DNA of 64,000 bases from Malacoraja senta. Lineage: Eukaryota. Shown here piece after piece: positions 1-11,212 of this stretch. Where the stretch lies: the NCBI GenBank assembly GCA_038087875.1, contig CM075977.1, positions 240,932,001-240,996,000 of the forward strand, written 5' to 3'. Every line of letters starts with the position of its first letter. Positions within the stretch are counted from its first letter, which is position 1. Position numbers and translations under genes: made by a program. Under the pieces are notes generated by a model that was not told the origin of the DNA, ran no database searches, and worked only from the letters and a program-made list of their open reading frames with translations.

Positions 1-597
1 CTGTGATGGAAGGCGAAATAAAGTTCAAGCCCTTCCTTTTGTTCTTCCTCGGTCGGGGGCCTCGAGCCCTCCATTGACGGGACAGTCTTGACTCCCGTAG
101 CCGGCGGCGTTCAGGCCCTCCGCGTCGAGGCATTCAGCTCCTGCATCGGGGGGTTGTCAGCTCCCCTGCGCCGGACGATCGAACCTCGCGTCGGGGCTGG
201 TCGAACCTTCTGCGGCGTTGGAGATCCCGACAAGCTTCTCCCAAGACTGCGAGCCCTTGATGGTAAGTCCACGGTGGTCGCAGTGGGAGCGATCCCAGGC
301 AAGGGATCCGCTCCGATGTTAAGTCCGCGCCCCACGGTGGGGCTCACGACAGTCCAAAGAGGCTTCCAGCTCCAGCGATGGTAGGCCGCAGAGCCCGGAG
401 AATGTGTTCCGAAAATTGATCACATCTCCAGGAAGGTAGGAACTTGAAAATAAGTTTCCCCCGATCCCCTCCCCACTCCCCTCACATAAAACATACCGAA
501 GAACGTTAAAACAAACTTTTAACGCACTAAAAAATAACAAAATGAAAGAAAAAAATGACCAGACTGCCGGCAGGGCTGCCATCTCCCCGGCGCCCCT
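1..597 (-). mobile_element. GC/CpG-rich interspersed repeat, probably the 5' region of a non-LTR (Rex1/L2-like or non-autonomous) element; continues left of the window
   Basis: About 60% GC block with a sharp edge against AT-rich DNA near 600. The minus strand begins GGGGCGCCGGGGAGATGGCAGCC. The overlapping ORFs have no recognisable domain. Family assignment is tentative. Confidence 0.35.
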
Positions 598-1764
598 GGT
601 GATCAGAAATCTTTCTATTATTGTGAGGCATTCTATTATTGATTAATTGTTATGTTTAAACCAGAGATGAGGTACAGCAGCAAGAATGTGGATATGCAAG
701 ATTCATGCATAGTTAAATGCTAAATTCATGGCTGATTTGTTTAAATTATCAGATAATCCAATTTTAAGATTAAACCAACATATCTGTAATTATATATATT
801 GGTTCATTTAAGTTATTGAACTTTTAAATGAAAATAAATCGAATTTATCAAGAGAAGACATTATTACATTCACAATGCTAGATAGCAACAATGAATACAA
901 ACAAGTACCATATTGGCACTACGGGAATCTTGATGCACTATTGTTTTATGCTCCATATAGATTATAGTATTATTCTTCGTATTGGAAACGGCTTTAAAAG
1001 TTTTTACAGAACATAAAAGACCAAGTTTTATCTACAATAACGAAAAACAAACTTGCAATTATATAGTACATTCCACTTAGGTTACAGTTATATATCATTG
1101 AAACATACTTTACTGGCCCACTGCAGGTGTACAAATGGATCCAGTTAATTGTCATCACAGGTATTCATTGGTGGTAAAATAATCAGATGGATTTTTTGAG
1201 TATTTTTGGATCCTAGTGCTTAAAGCAGAAATATACGCGCCCTAAAATTGGGTTATAAGTCAAAATGAGTCCCAAAGCTTACCTAGAAAATATTCAGGGT
1301 GTTCCTTGGATTCCTTAGACAGATGTGGAAATTACCAAGATTATTTAAAATGTACTGAGTATATTGACATTCTCATTCATTGTCACCTGTATTCTTTATA
1401 AACAGTTAGGTCTGGGTGACCAGAAGCAAGGCTCTCTGAATGTACATAAGGTAAAGTGGTACATAGGAAGTAAAAATAATTTGAAGACTGGTTTTCAAGA
1501 TATTTAAAGATTGTTAGCATTGATTGTTGAACCAGTAATATGGGAATTTACTCAGGATTATCACCAACAGGGTGATTTGGTTCAATGTACTACAGCATGG
1601 TATTTCCCACCCAACATTTACCAGCTGATGCAGAAACTCTTAAGGATAAGTGTTACGGGTTACTTATTAGATAAATGTTAGTATGTAAATAATAGGAAAG
1701 AATGCTGAAAAATGGCAAGAAATCAAATTGGTGCTGCTGACTTGGAACAAGCAGTGGTACTGGT

Positions 1765-2043
1765 GTTTAGTTTAGTGATATAGCGCAGCAACAGACCCTG
1801 AAGCCCGCGCTGACCAGTGATCCCTGTACACTAGCACTATTCCCACACTAGGGACAATTTACAATTTTTACCGAAGCCAATTAACCTGTACGTCTTTGGA
1901 GTGTGGGAGAAACCCATGTGGAAAACCCATGCGGTCAAGGGGAGAACATAAAATTCTGTACAGACAACACCCGTAGTCAGGTTCAAACCCAAGTCTCTGG
2001 CGTGTAAGGCAGCAACTCTACCACTGCACCACCCTGCCACCCC
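1765..2043 (-). mobile_element. tRNA-derived V-SINE (HE1-like)
   Basis: The minus strand starts GGGTGGCAGGGTGGTGCAGTGGTAGAG (A box) and continues GGTTTGAACC (B box), a V-domain-like TTCTCCCC..GGGTTT..TCCCACA segment and a (CTAAA)n tail. Confidence 0.85.
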
Positions 2044-2814
2044 GAATGGTGTGCTGGACAAAATAATTGAACAACTGTAATGTTTTTGTTTTTTGCACAG
2101 ATGGGTTGATTCTAAAAGGAACCAGTTCATAAAAACAAAATGATGAATGCAAACATTCATCAGGGCAAGCAGCATCCATGTCGAACAAACCAGAGAAATA
2201 ATTTCAGGCCAAAACCTAGTTGAAAACTGTACTGTAGCCATTGCAACAGATGATATGTATTTGCAAAAACAACACATTTTATAACTACAGGTTAATTCAA
2301 AGGGTTTCATAATAAACTCATTAAATTTGATGGTAATGTGCAAAAGTCTACGAAGACATGAGATAATGACAAAATTTGCTTTTTAAGGGAGTTGTCTGGT
2401 GGATACATGTTTTACTTTTATTTAGATAGTTTAGCAAGCTTTTACAACTACTTACAAAGTTAGAATTGGCCTCAGTTTCTACAGCAAGTAAAGAACGACA
2501 TCTCTACTTGTGCATCATTATTGTGCAATATTAACATTAGGTTCACAGTTGCTGCATTGCATCTGGAGTCCACAATATTTCAACACTCAAAGTTACAATC
2601 CCATATGTTAAGGAATGACAATATATTCACTTCAGCGATTGGATCTTATGTGACCACACAAGATATTATAGTATTACATATCTTCTTTTATCTCAACTAA
2701 ATATGCATAACTTGCTTTGTGCTTTTAACTGAGCATTTACCATGGGTCCATCCCAAGTACTCATCTGTTTCAGCCTGTTTTGGAAACTCAAGTCCTATGA
2801 TGGAGATTATAGAG

Positions 2815-3372
2815 ATTGGTAGACACTGCCCAGTCTATCACAGGTACTGACCTCCCCACCATTGAAGGGATCTATAGGCGGCAATATCTCTGAAAAGGCA
2901 ATCAATATCATCAAAGACCCACACCATCCTGGCCACACTCTCGTCTCACTCTTATCACTGGGAAGAAGGCTGAAAGTCTGAAAACTGTGACCAGCAGGTT
3001 CAAGAATGGCTTCTTCTCAACAACCACCAGGCTCTTGAACACTACAGGACACGAAAATCAGCAACTATGAACTTCAATGGACTGTGTCTTTGGTTGCACG
3101 AAGGTAGACACAAAGTGCTGGAGTAACTCAGCGGGTCAGGCAGCATCTCTGGAGAAAAGGGAGTTGGTAACGTTTCAGGTCGGGAGACTTGGTTGCATTA
3201 CCAACAGATGTGGTTGCAGTACCAACTTCAGTTTATAACATTACGGTTATTAATCTACTGATTTTTTATTATATAGAATTTGCGTGTATTGAGTTTCCAG
3301 ACCTGTTAATGCTGCAAGTAAGAATGTAATTGTTCCGTTGCCAGTACAAATAACAATTAAACACTCTTGACA
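2815..3372 (+). mobile_element. Rex1/Babar LINE 3' fragment, interrupted by a Penelope-like fragment
   Basis: Encodes AQSITGTDLPTIEGIY...KDPHHPGHTL...RFKNGFF, homologous to the copy at 13912-14235. The 3' UTR ends ACAATTAAACACTCTTGAC. Confidence 0.8.
3099..3188 (-). mobile_element. Penelope-like element terminal fragment (partial hammerhead)
   Basis: Matches the repeat family AGACACAAAGTGCTGGAGTAACTCAGCGGGTCAGGCAGCATC. Flanked by the direct repeat TTGGTTGCA (3090-3098 and 3189-3197). Confidence 0.75.
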
Positions 3373-4443
3373 CTCGAGGTATCAAGCACATTGTGAAAAG
3401 AAGAAAGTTATTTTTATTTTCCTGCTACTATTCTGAACAATCCTTAAAAATCAAATCAAATAAATCAATTCTAAATCTCAATAAATAATGCTTTTGTCCA
3501 AACATGAAAGTCCTGCCTTTAAAAAAAACTCTAAATGTCTTGACTTCAAGCTTAATTAAGTGGGAAAGAGAATAATTGAAGGATAGCAACATGAGAGTAA
3601 TCTTACCAATCAACCTGTTTCATTGCAATCAAATTTAGCTTTAGCTGTATCACTCAACACATTTCCCCATATTCTGTTTATCGAGACAGTTGATTTCTCG
3701 CCCTCTGCATTGTTCCATATGGACCCCACCCTCCATTGCATCGTTTCCCCTTTATTATTTCAATCCACCAGTTGCTATGAGTATTGAGGCTTTCCAGGGC
3801 GGCCGTGGAAATCTTGAAGATGTGATCTGATTTACAACCTTTGCACCGTTCTTCATTAAGAGTGCACAGGAGAGATTGACAGGCTGTTTGCTCATAAAGG
3901 TGTCAAAACACAGATTATGTCTTCAGCAACAGTGGTGGTGATTGTGGCATTTGGGGGGGGGTGGGGGGGGGGGGGACCGGACATACTCCAGATCAGACGC
4001 ATGGAGTAACTTTAAACCCGTCCGCGCTGTAGTCGCTAGTTTTTTTCCTTTAAATTGCCGTGCTGTGCAGTTTTCACTTAACCAATGCCTTCCCTTATGA
4101 AACATTTGCTTTATAACCGTGACACAGTCAATATAAATCAAATGCAATTAATAGATTTTGTTTCTCTCTGACGGCTGGCTGGTGATATCTTGAGTAATTG
4201 GATATGGCCTCGTAAATTCTATCACAAGCACGTCTAGTGTGGTCTTGCCGACCTTATCTATGGCTAAATTTCTATCGCAATTTAAAACAAGCGCGATAAA
4301 ACATGCAATTGTAAACCAACATCTGCAGTTCCTTCCTGCACAAATTCCTAAGTAGTGACAGATTCCGTCGTTATCTGGTCTCTAAGTGGTGTCTGGGCAT
4401 TCACGTTATATTGCCTTTATAGCCCCCCTCCCTCCCCTCTCCC

Positions 4444-4460
4444 TCTCTCTCTCTGTCTCT

Positions 4461-4523
<63 letters not shown>
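4444..4523. repeat. (CT)n microsatellite
   Basis: Long CT dinucleotide run, seen directly. Confidence 0.98.
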
Positions 4524-4526
<3 letters not shown>

Positions 4527-5563
4527 TTTCCGTGTACAGTATTTAAATTGGAGGTCGAAAACTGACCACAATAGTAGAGCCGGATTATGCACTTCCTACT
4601 GGCAATGCGTTCTGTTCGATGGTTTCTTCCCCCGCCTTCGCGTTTTACTGCTGAATTTATTCACTGATTTAAAAGATATCTATGAACTGTCTATCGTAAA
4701 CGTACACAGACGCAGTAATTTCCTGCCTTTGAAAATGGAATAGAAATCATGTCTCTGTCGGCGCACGGAACTGACCGGGATCTTTGGACCGGAATCAGTG
4801 CAGGCAGGATCTAACTGTTCAGTTGTTTGTAACATTTACCATTATTCACGGAGATCTATGTTCCAAGCTCCTTGCAGTAATTTATTTTGAAAATGTCCTA
4901 ATTTTAAATCATCTTGAGAGTATGCACCCGGCGCGGTGTAGAACCAATCTCCAATACACTAAACTGCACAAATGTAACGTCTTTGCAATTCACATCACGT
5001 TCCCTCGTGTCAATTTTTGGGGGATTTGGCTGCTCCAACAATTAGTTTTTTGACTTTCCCTTTAAATACAACTTAGAAGGGGGAGGAATGAATAAATAAA
5101 CGTGGCAGTAAAAAGCTTCCTATTAGACTGTCTCCCTTCCCAGTTGCCAAACACATGCCAAAATGGACCTCCGCAGTGTAAGATTTCACTTGGATGTGGC
5201 ATTATGGAAAAGTCAGATTGCAAATTTAACCTGCAAATTCAGCCATTGGATAAAGACTCACTTGGGCCTTTAAAGCGAGTATCTGAATCCAGGCCTTTAA
5301 ACCCAATTTAAGTTATTTTTGTTCAATAAGAGCTATCATTAATAAGGCAACATGGAGCAAAATCCACTGTGAGTGAGTTTAAAAAAAAGAGAATTTCTGC
5401 TTCAATGCACTCCCAAAACGTAAACACTGAAGAGCTGTTTAGTTCAGTCAATTCTAAATATCCTAGACAATTGGGATGAGAGAAAAAACCCACCACAAGA
5501 TAGAAACAAAAAGCTGGAGTAATTCAGCAGGTCAGACAGCATCTCTGGAGAAAAGGAATAGGT

Positions 5564-5591
5564 GACGTTTCAGGTCGAGACCCTTCTTCAG
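5564..5591 (-). ncRNA. Minimal type-I hammerhead ribozyme motif (Penelope-associated)
   Basis: Minus strand reads CUGAAGA-A-GGGUCUCGACCU-GAAACGUC. Core boxes are intact, stem II is present, and stem III is the palindromic ACGU. Confidence 0.7.
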
Positions 5592-5737
5592 ATTGAGAGT
5601 TAGGGGAAAGGGAAACAAAAGATATAGACAGTGATGCGGGTCTGGCAGCATCTCTGGAAAACGTGGGTAGGCAACGTTTCAGGTTATGACCTTTTTTCAG
5701 TCATTGTGTGTGTGGGGGGGGGGGGGGGGGGGAGAGA

Positions 5738-7384
5738 AAATACTAGGGAACCGGGGATCTAGTAGGAGGGATGAACTGAAGGGAATCCACATCAGTCAGG
5801 AAATAGTGTTAGGTAAACTGTTGGGACTGAAGGCAGATAGATCCCCAGGGCCTGATGGTCTGCATCCCACGGTACTCAAGGAGGTGGCCCTAGAAATCGT
5901 GGATGCAATGGTGATCCTTTTCCAATGTCCTCTCGACTCTGGATCAGTTCCTGTGGACTGGAGGGTAGCCAATGTAACCCCACTTTTTAAGAAAGGAGGG
6001 AGAGAGAAAACGGGGAATTATAGACCAGTTAGTCTTACATCTGTAGTGGGGAAGATGCTTGAGTCGATTGTTAAAGATGTTAAAGCAGTACATTTGGAAA
6101 GCAGTGACAGGATCGGTCAAAGTCAGCATAGATTTATGAATGGGAAATGATGCTTGACCAATCTTCTGGAATTTTCTGAGTATGTAACAAGTAGAATGGA
6201 TAAGGGAGAGCCAATGGATGTGGTGTATCTGGACTTGCATAAAGCCTTTGACAAGGTCAAACAAGAGATTAGTTTGCAAAATTAGAGCACATGGTATTGG
6301 GGGTAGGGTATTTACATGATTAGAGAACTGGTTGGCAGACAGGAAGCAAAGAGTATGGCAGTATTTCAGAATGGCAGGCAGTGACTAGTGGGGTGCCGCA
6401 AGTCTCGGTGCTGGGACCCCAGTTATTTACAATATATATTAACGATATAGACGAGGAAATAAATGTGACATCTCCAAGTTTGCGGGTGACACAAAGCTGG
6501 GTGGCAGTGTGAGCTGCGATGAGGATGCTATGATGCTTCAGGTTGACTTGGATAGGTTGGATGAGTGGGCAGATGCATGGCAAATGCATTATAATGTGGA
6601 TAAAAATGTGAGGTTATCCACTTTGGTGGCAAGAACAGGAAGGCAGATTATTATCTGAATGGTGTCACATTAGGAAAAGGGGAGGTGCAACGAGACCTGG
6701 GTGTAGCTGTACATCAGTCACTGAAAGGAAGCATGCAGGTACAGCAGGCAGTGAAGAAAGCTAATGGCATGTTGGCCTTCATTGCGAGAGGATTTGAGTT
6801 TAAAAGCAAGGAGGTCCTAATGCAGTTGCCCAGGGCCCTGGTGAGACTGCACCTGGAGTATTGTGAGCAATTTTGGTCTCCTAATTTGAGGAAGGACATT
6901 ATTGGTATTGAGAGAGTAGTTCAACAGGTTAATTCCCGGGATGGCAGGACTGATATATGGTGAAAGAATGGGTCGACTGGGTTTGTATTCACTGGAATTT
7001 AGAGATGAGAGGGGATCTTATGGAAACATATAAAATTCTTAAAGGCTTGGACAGGCTAGATGCAGGAAAAATGTTCCCGATGTTAGGGGAGTCCAGAACC
7101 AAGTGTCACAGTTTAAGAATAAGGGGAAGCCATTTAGGACTGAGATGAGGAAAAACATCTTCACCCAGAGAGTTGTGAATCTGTGGAATTTTCTGCCACA
7201 GCAGTGGAGGCCAATTCACTGGATGTTTTCAGGAGAGAGTTAGATTTACCACTTAGGGCTAAAGGAATCAAGGGATATGGGGGAAAAGCAGGAACGGGGT
7301 ACTGGTTTTATATGATCAGCCATAATCATTGAATGGTGGTACTGGCTTCTGCAAATATTTTTCAATATTTCTATGTTTCTATGT
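5738..7384 (+). mobile_element. CR1 LINE, 5'-truncated, disrupted ORF2 (reverse transcriptase)
   Basis: Motifs KADRSPGPDGLHP, NYRPVSLTSVVGK, YLDLxKAFDKV and LEYCEQFWSP. Stops and frameshifts are present. Ends in a (TTTCTATG)n tail. Confidence 0.92.
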
Positions 7385-7527
7385 AGGGGAGGGAAAAGCC
7401 TGGCAAGTGATAGGTGGATACAGATGAGGGTTTTTATTCTTGATTGGCAGATGGTTGGACAAAGGCCAGAGATGAAAATAAACAAAAAATAAACAAAAAA
7501 GAGATGAGAAACGTGAAGCCAGAAGAG

Positions 7528-7633
7528 TACTGATTGGGGTACTGATTGGGGATGATCAGCCATGATCACATTGCTGGCTCGAAGGGCCAAATGGCCTACT
7601 CCTGCACCTGTTGTCTATTGTCTATTGTCTATA
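7528..7633 (+). mobile_element. CR1 extreme 3' end with (TTGTCTA)n tail
   Basis: GATCAGCCATGATC...GAAGGGCCAAATGGCCTACTCCTGCACC followed by a tandem tail, matching the 3' end of the copy ending at 20389. Confidence 0.8.
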
Positions 7634-7989
7634 TGAGGGAATATAGTTGGGGGTTGGGGAAGGCGTAAACTTAAGAAGAAATGGGTGCACATCCTGGTGG
7701 GCACAAGGAATAGATGGGGGGGGGGGAGGGAGAAAATGAGCGGGGGCGTATGTAGGTTAGTTACCTGACATTGTAGAATTGTACCAATGGGTTGTAAACT
7801 ACCCAAGTAAAACAAGAAGTGCTATTCTTCCAGTTTGGCTGTGTCTCATTCTGACAGTGGAAAAGGCCCAGGACAGAAAGTTCAATATGGGAATGGGAAG
7901 GGAATGGTTAGCAACTGGAAGATCCAGCAAGTCTTGCACAAATGTTCGGCATTGTTTATTCTGAGATTAACCCCCTTCCCCCTCCCCAG

Positions 7990-9720
7990 ATTCCCAGTCT
8001 TACATTTCTGACTCTGGGAAGCATCCTCACAATATTTAGCCTGTCAAACCCCCTCAGAATTTGCACATTTAAATAAAGTCACTTCTTATTCTTCAAAACC
8101 CCCGAGAATGTAAGTTGAATAAACATTACTTTTCCTCATAAGGCAACCCACTATTTAAGCCAATGAATCTTTTCTGTATTCTATCAAATGTATCTTTCCT
8201 TAAATAAAGGGACCAAAAATGTGCACAATTCATGGTGAGATATCACTGAAGCCTAATATAGGTCTAGCAAGAGTTGCCTACTATAGATTAAAGTACACTT
8301 TTTATTTTCCTGATTCATTACTTGTACCTACAGGATAACTTTCTGCATTGAATATACAAGTCAGGAAGCCACAGTGCAGCTTTGTAGGACTTTGGTTAGG
8401 CCTTATTTGGATTATTGTACACATTTCTTACCATCCCATCACAAGAAGGATGTGGAGACTTTGCAGAGGGTGCAGTGAAGTTTTAACAAAGTGCTACCTG
8501 GATGTGAGGGTATTAGCTATAAGGAGAGGCTGAACAAACTTGGAACGTTTTTTCTGGAGCTTCGGAGACCGAGGAGAGACCTGATAAAATATATAAAATT
8601 ATGAAAGGCAAATGAATAGCTTTTTTTTTTAGCCCACGATGGAAGCTTCAAAGCTTAGAGGACAAAGCTATAAAATGAAAGGGGTAATGTTTGGAGAAGA
8701 TAGGCACTGTAAGTTTTTTACACAAATGGTGATGGCTGTCAGCAATACACTTCATACGTGGTGGTGGTATCACATACGATAGTGGCACTTAAGAGGCTTT
8801 TAGATGGCCACATGGATGTGTAAGGAATGGAGTGGAATGGATCATGTGCAGGCAGATGAGATTTGTTTATTTTGGCATCATGTTCGACACAGACACTGTG
8901 GGATGAAGGGCTTGTCCCTGTGCTGTACATTTCTGTTCAGTATTCTATTTCCCCTACAAGAGTGCCCAAATATCGCAGTGTATCGAGATTCAATAGCTGC
9001 ACTGCATTTAAGAATTCTGTTTTTATATTCTTCCTACCAAAATGGATAACCTCACATGACTCCATATTGTTCTCAATTTCCCATTGTTTCATCCACTCAC
9101 TTACCTGCTTTTATTCCCAAAAGACTCATTGAGTTCTAATAACAATCCATATTTATACATTATATTCATTATTATATTATTCATTATTATATTTATTCAT
9201 AATGACATAAATACAAGTCCCCTCATCTGAGTCAATATAAAATATAAATTGTTGATCCCCTGGCATTGATCCCTTGGCACCCCATTGCTTGCATTTTGTC
9301 AATCTTAAAATATACCCTTTATTCCTATTCTATGGGTTTTGCTGAATAACCAATACTTTACCCATAATGGATGGAGAATTAGCTAACAAGCAGAAGCAAG
9401 AATTATATTATCATCAAGACTATGGTATTTATGTTGTGGAGCAATTTTTTCAAATTACACATTTTTAAATGTCATTTGGCAATCCAAATACATTACATCC
9501 ATTAGTTTTCTTTTATCAACCTTAGTAATAACCTACAATTAAATACTGTCTAATACATTTTTCAAATATTATTTCCCTTTCATAGATCCATGTTGACTGT
9601 TCAATCATGTTAGGGTTTTCTAAGCATCTTGTTATTACTTCCTTAAGATGGATTTCATATTTTTCCCATCAACAAGTGTTAGGCTGACAACCTATGGTTC
9701 CCTTCTTTCCCTCTTTAACC
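7990..9720. mobile_element. Old minus-strand CR1 relic interrupted by a plus-strand CR1 3' fragment (about 8345-8945)
   Basis: Degenerate similarity to the CR1 RT and 3' regions elsewhere in the window, e.g. GGTTAGGCCTTATTTGGATTATTGTACACA and ATGAAGGGCTTGTCCCTGTGCTGTA. Confidence 0.6.
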
Positions 9721-9744
9721 CACTACTTTAGACATTTTGATTCA

Positions 9745-9960
9745 TCAATGAATATTGACTGGAAAAACACTTTCCCATCTTGGCTAAAATACCAATGAAT
9801 CTGAGGGTCTAACCTAAGAATTAATGTTTCAAACACCAGATCGCACCTCTAACACTGCCAAATTCCCTTAGTACTGGGGCATCAGATGGATTCATATTTT
9901 AGATATCAGGCATAGAATTTAAACCCATCTCCTTCTGAGGATATGTGGAAAATGTTACCT
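9745..9960 (-). mobile_element. DeuSINE (SacSINE1/AmnSINE-like) relic
   Basis: Minus strand TCAGAAGGAGATGGGTTTAAAT ... CAGTACTAAGGGAATTTGGCAGTGTTAGAGGTGC ... AGTCAATATTCAT resembles the remembered Deu-domain SINE consensus. Confidence 0.5.
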
Positions 9961-10083
9961 TTGGGGCATAACTGCTTCTCTAAATCATTTAGATGCAGAG
10001 CCTTTGGAAAAAATAGAGCAAAACATAGTGAACTATAATTTGAATAAAAACAATGCTCATTCCATGTGTGTGCAAAGAATGAT

Positions 10084-10891
10084 TTTCTTCACTTCTTAAA
10101 CACTTTGCTCCTCTATAGAGCATAGGCCATTGACAAATGTCCTCCACCTCACTCGGATGTTGGCAGTTCTTTTGAGATCTCCCCAGTTGAGCCCACTCTC
10201 AGACATTTCTGTCTGGACACCTCTTCTCCAGCTGTTCCTGGGGCAAACTCTTTTCCTTTTTCCTTGGGGGTTCCATTTCAGGGCTTGCCAGGTGATGTTT
10301 GTAGCAGGTTTCCTGGGGGGGTGTCCTTCGTCATCATGATGGCCACTCCCTCTGTATGCTTCGTTCCCTCCTCTTCCTGTCCGGAGTAGATAATGGACTA
10401 CCCGCTGACCAATTTGATCTCCCCTGACTGTGTCCATCTTGTTTCAGCCAAGCCTAGGACTAAGAGATTGTAGCGCACCATTTCGTTGGCAATTGTGGCG
10501 ACCTTGCCAGCCTGGAACATGGTTTGGATGTTCCATGCCCCCACAAGGATGGATTTCTTTGGCGTCCGAAGGAGTGTCAGCTTTCCAGCGCCCTTGCTGG
10601 TTTGGCTGGGAAGCGTCATGTTCCCCATTGCTGGGGCACTTTCTTCAACCAAGTGTGTAATTTGGTTTTCATTCATCAATGTTTCTGTAACTCACACTTT
10701 TTTCCAGGGTGGGGTAGTTAACCCCACACCCAACCCCCAACCTGGAGAACCAGGGACTGCTTTGTCAGCCTCCTCACCCCTGTTCGGTTTGGTTGAACCT
10801 GACAGGGATATGAAACCCCATCCGACATAGCTCTCAGGATCACTGGAGTACACAAGCCTCTTCTCCACGTCAAGGTTGCAGTCCAGGAGAG
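10084..10891 (-). mobile_element. Internally deleted (bipartite) RTE-clade LINE with both ends intact and a 14-bp TSD
   Basis: RTE-type 5' UTR (CCTTGACGTGGAGAAGAGGCTTGTGTACTCCAGTGATCCTGAGAGCTATG), then the APE N-terminus (VGAWNIQT...LGLAETRW...IYSG...EGVAIMM) fused directly to the RTE C-terminus (RKP..IT.QALKWNPQGKRKR..PRNSWRR). TSD GTGCAAAGAATGAT at 10070-10083 and 10892-10905. Confidence 0.9.
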
Positions 10892-11134
10892 GTGCAAAGA
10901 ATGATATCGCCTGGTAAAGTAGCAATGTTTTACTTTATCAAATCTAATATTATCAGATGTTCAGCATCATGGTAGGACAACGGAATATCAGAAATCTGTG
11001 GCTATAGCCATTAAGAAAGATTGAATTGGAAGTGTCACTTTTGCCATGAAAAAGGAAATCAGACTGTAGTCTTTAAGATTCTGACAGCTTTTCACATAGT
11101 GGACTTGAGGGAAAGCGCAAAACTAGATGCCAAC

Positions 11135-11212
11135 TTCAGTCTGAAGAAGTCCCAATCTGAAAGCTCATCCATCCATTTCCCTCCACAGAGACTGCCTGGC
11201 CTGCTGAGTTAA
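11135..11212 (+). mobile_element. Penelope-like terminal fragment with degenerate hammerhead
   Basis: GTCTGAAGAAGTCCCAATCTGAAAGCTC...CCATTTCCCTCCACAGAGACTGCCTGGCCTGCTGAGTT. Confidence 0.6.

Larger units (their letters stand above)
5498..7935 (-). mobile_element. Penelope-like element 3' part (GIY-YIG C-terminus plus pseudo-LTR with hammerhead motifs), split by two CR1 insertions
   Basis: Minus strand 7930-7780 encodes a decayed DLPVANH...LSVLGLFHCQ...YLGSLQP, the same as the 41182 ORF. Purine-rich pLTR sequence lies at 7385-7525, and hammerhead-bearing termini at 5498-5705. Confidence 0.75.

Noticed and set aside
10690-10891. Twister or HDV-like ribozyme at the RTE 5' end
   Set aside because: I could not find the twister (UAAC...GCCGGUCCCAAGCCCGG) or HDV pseudoknot cores by eye.
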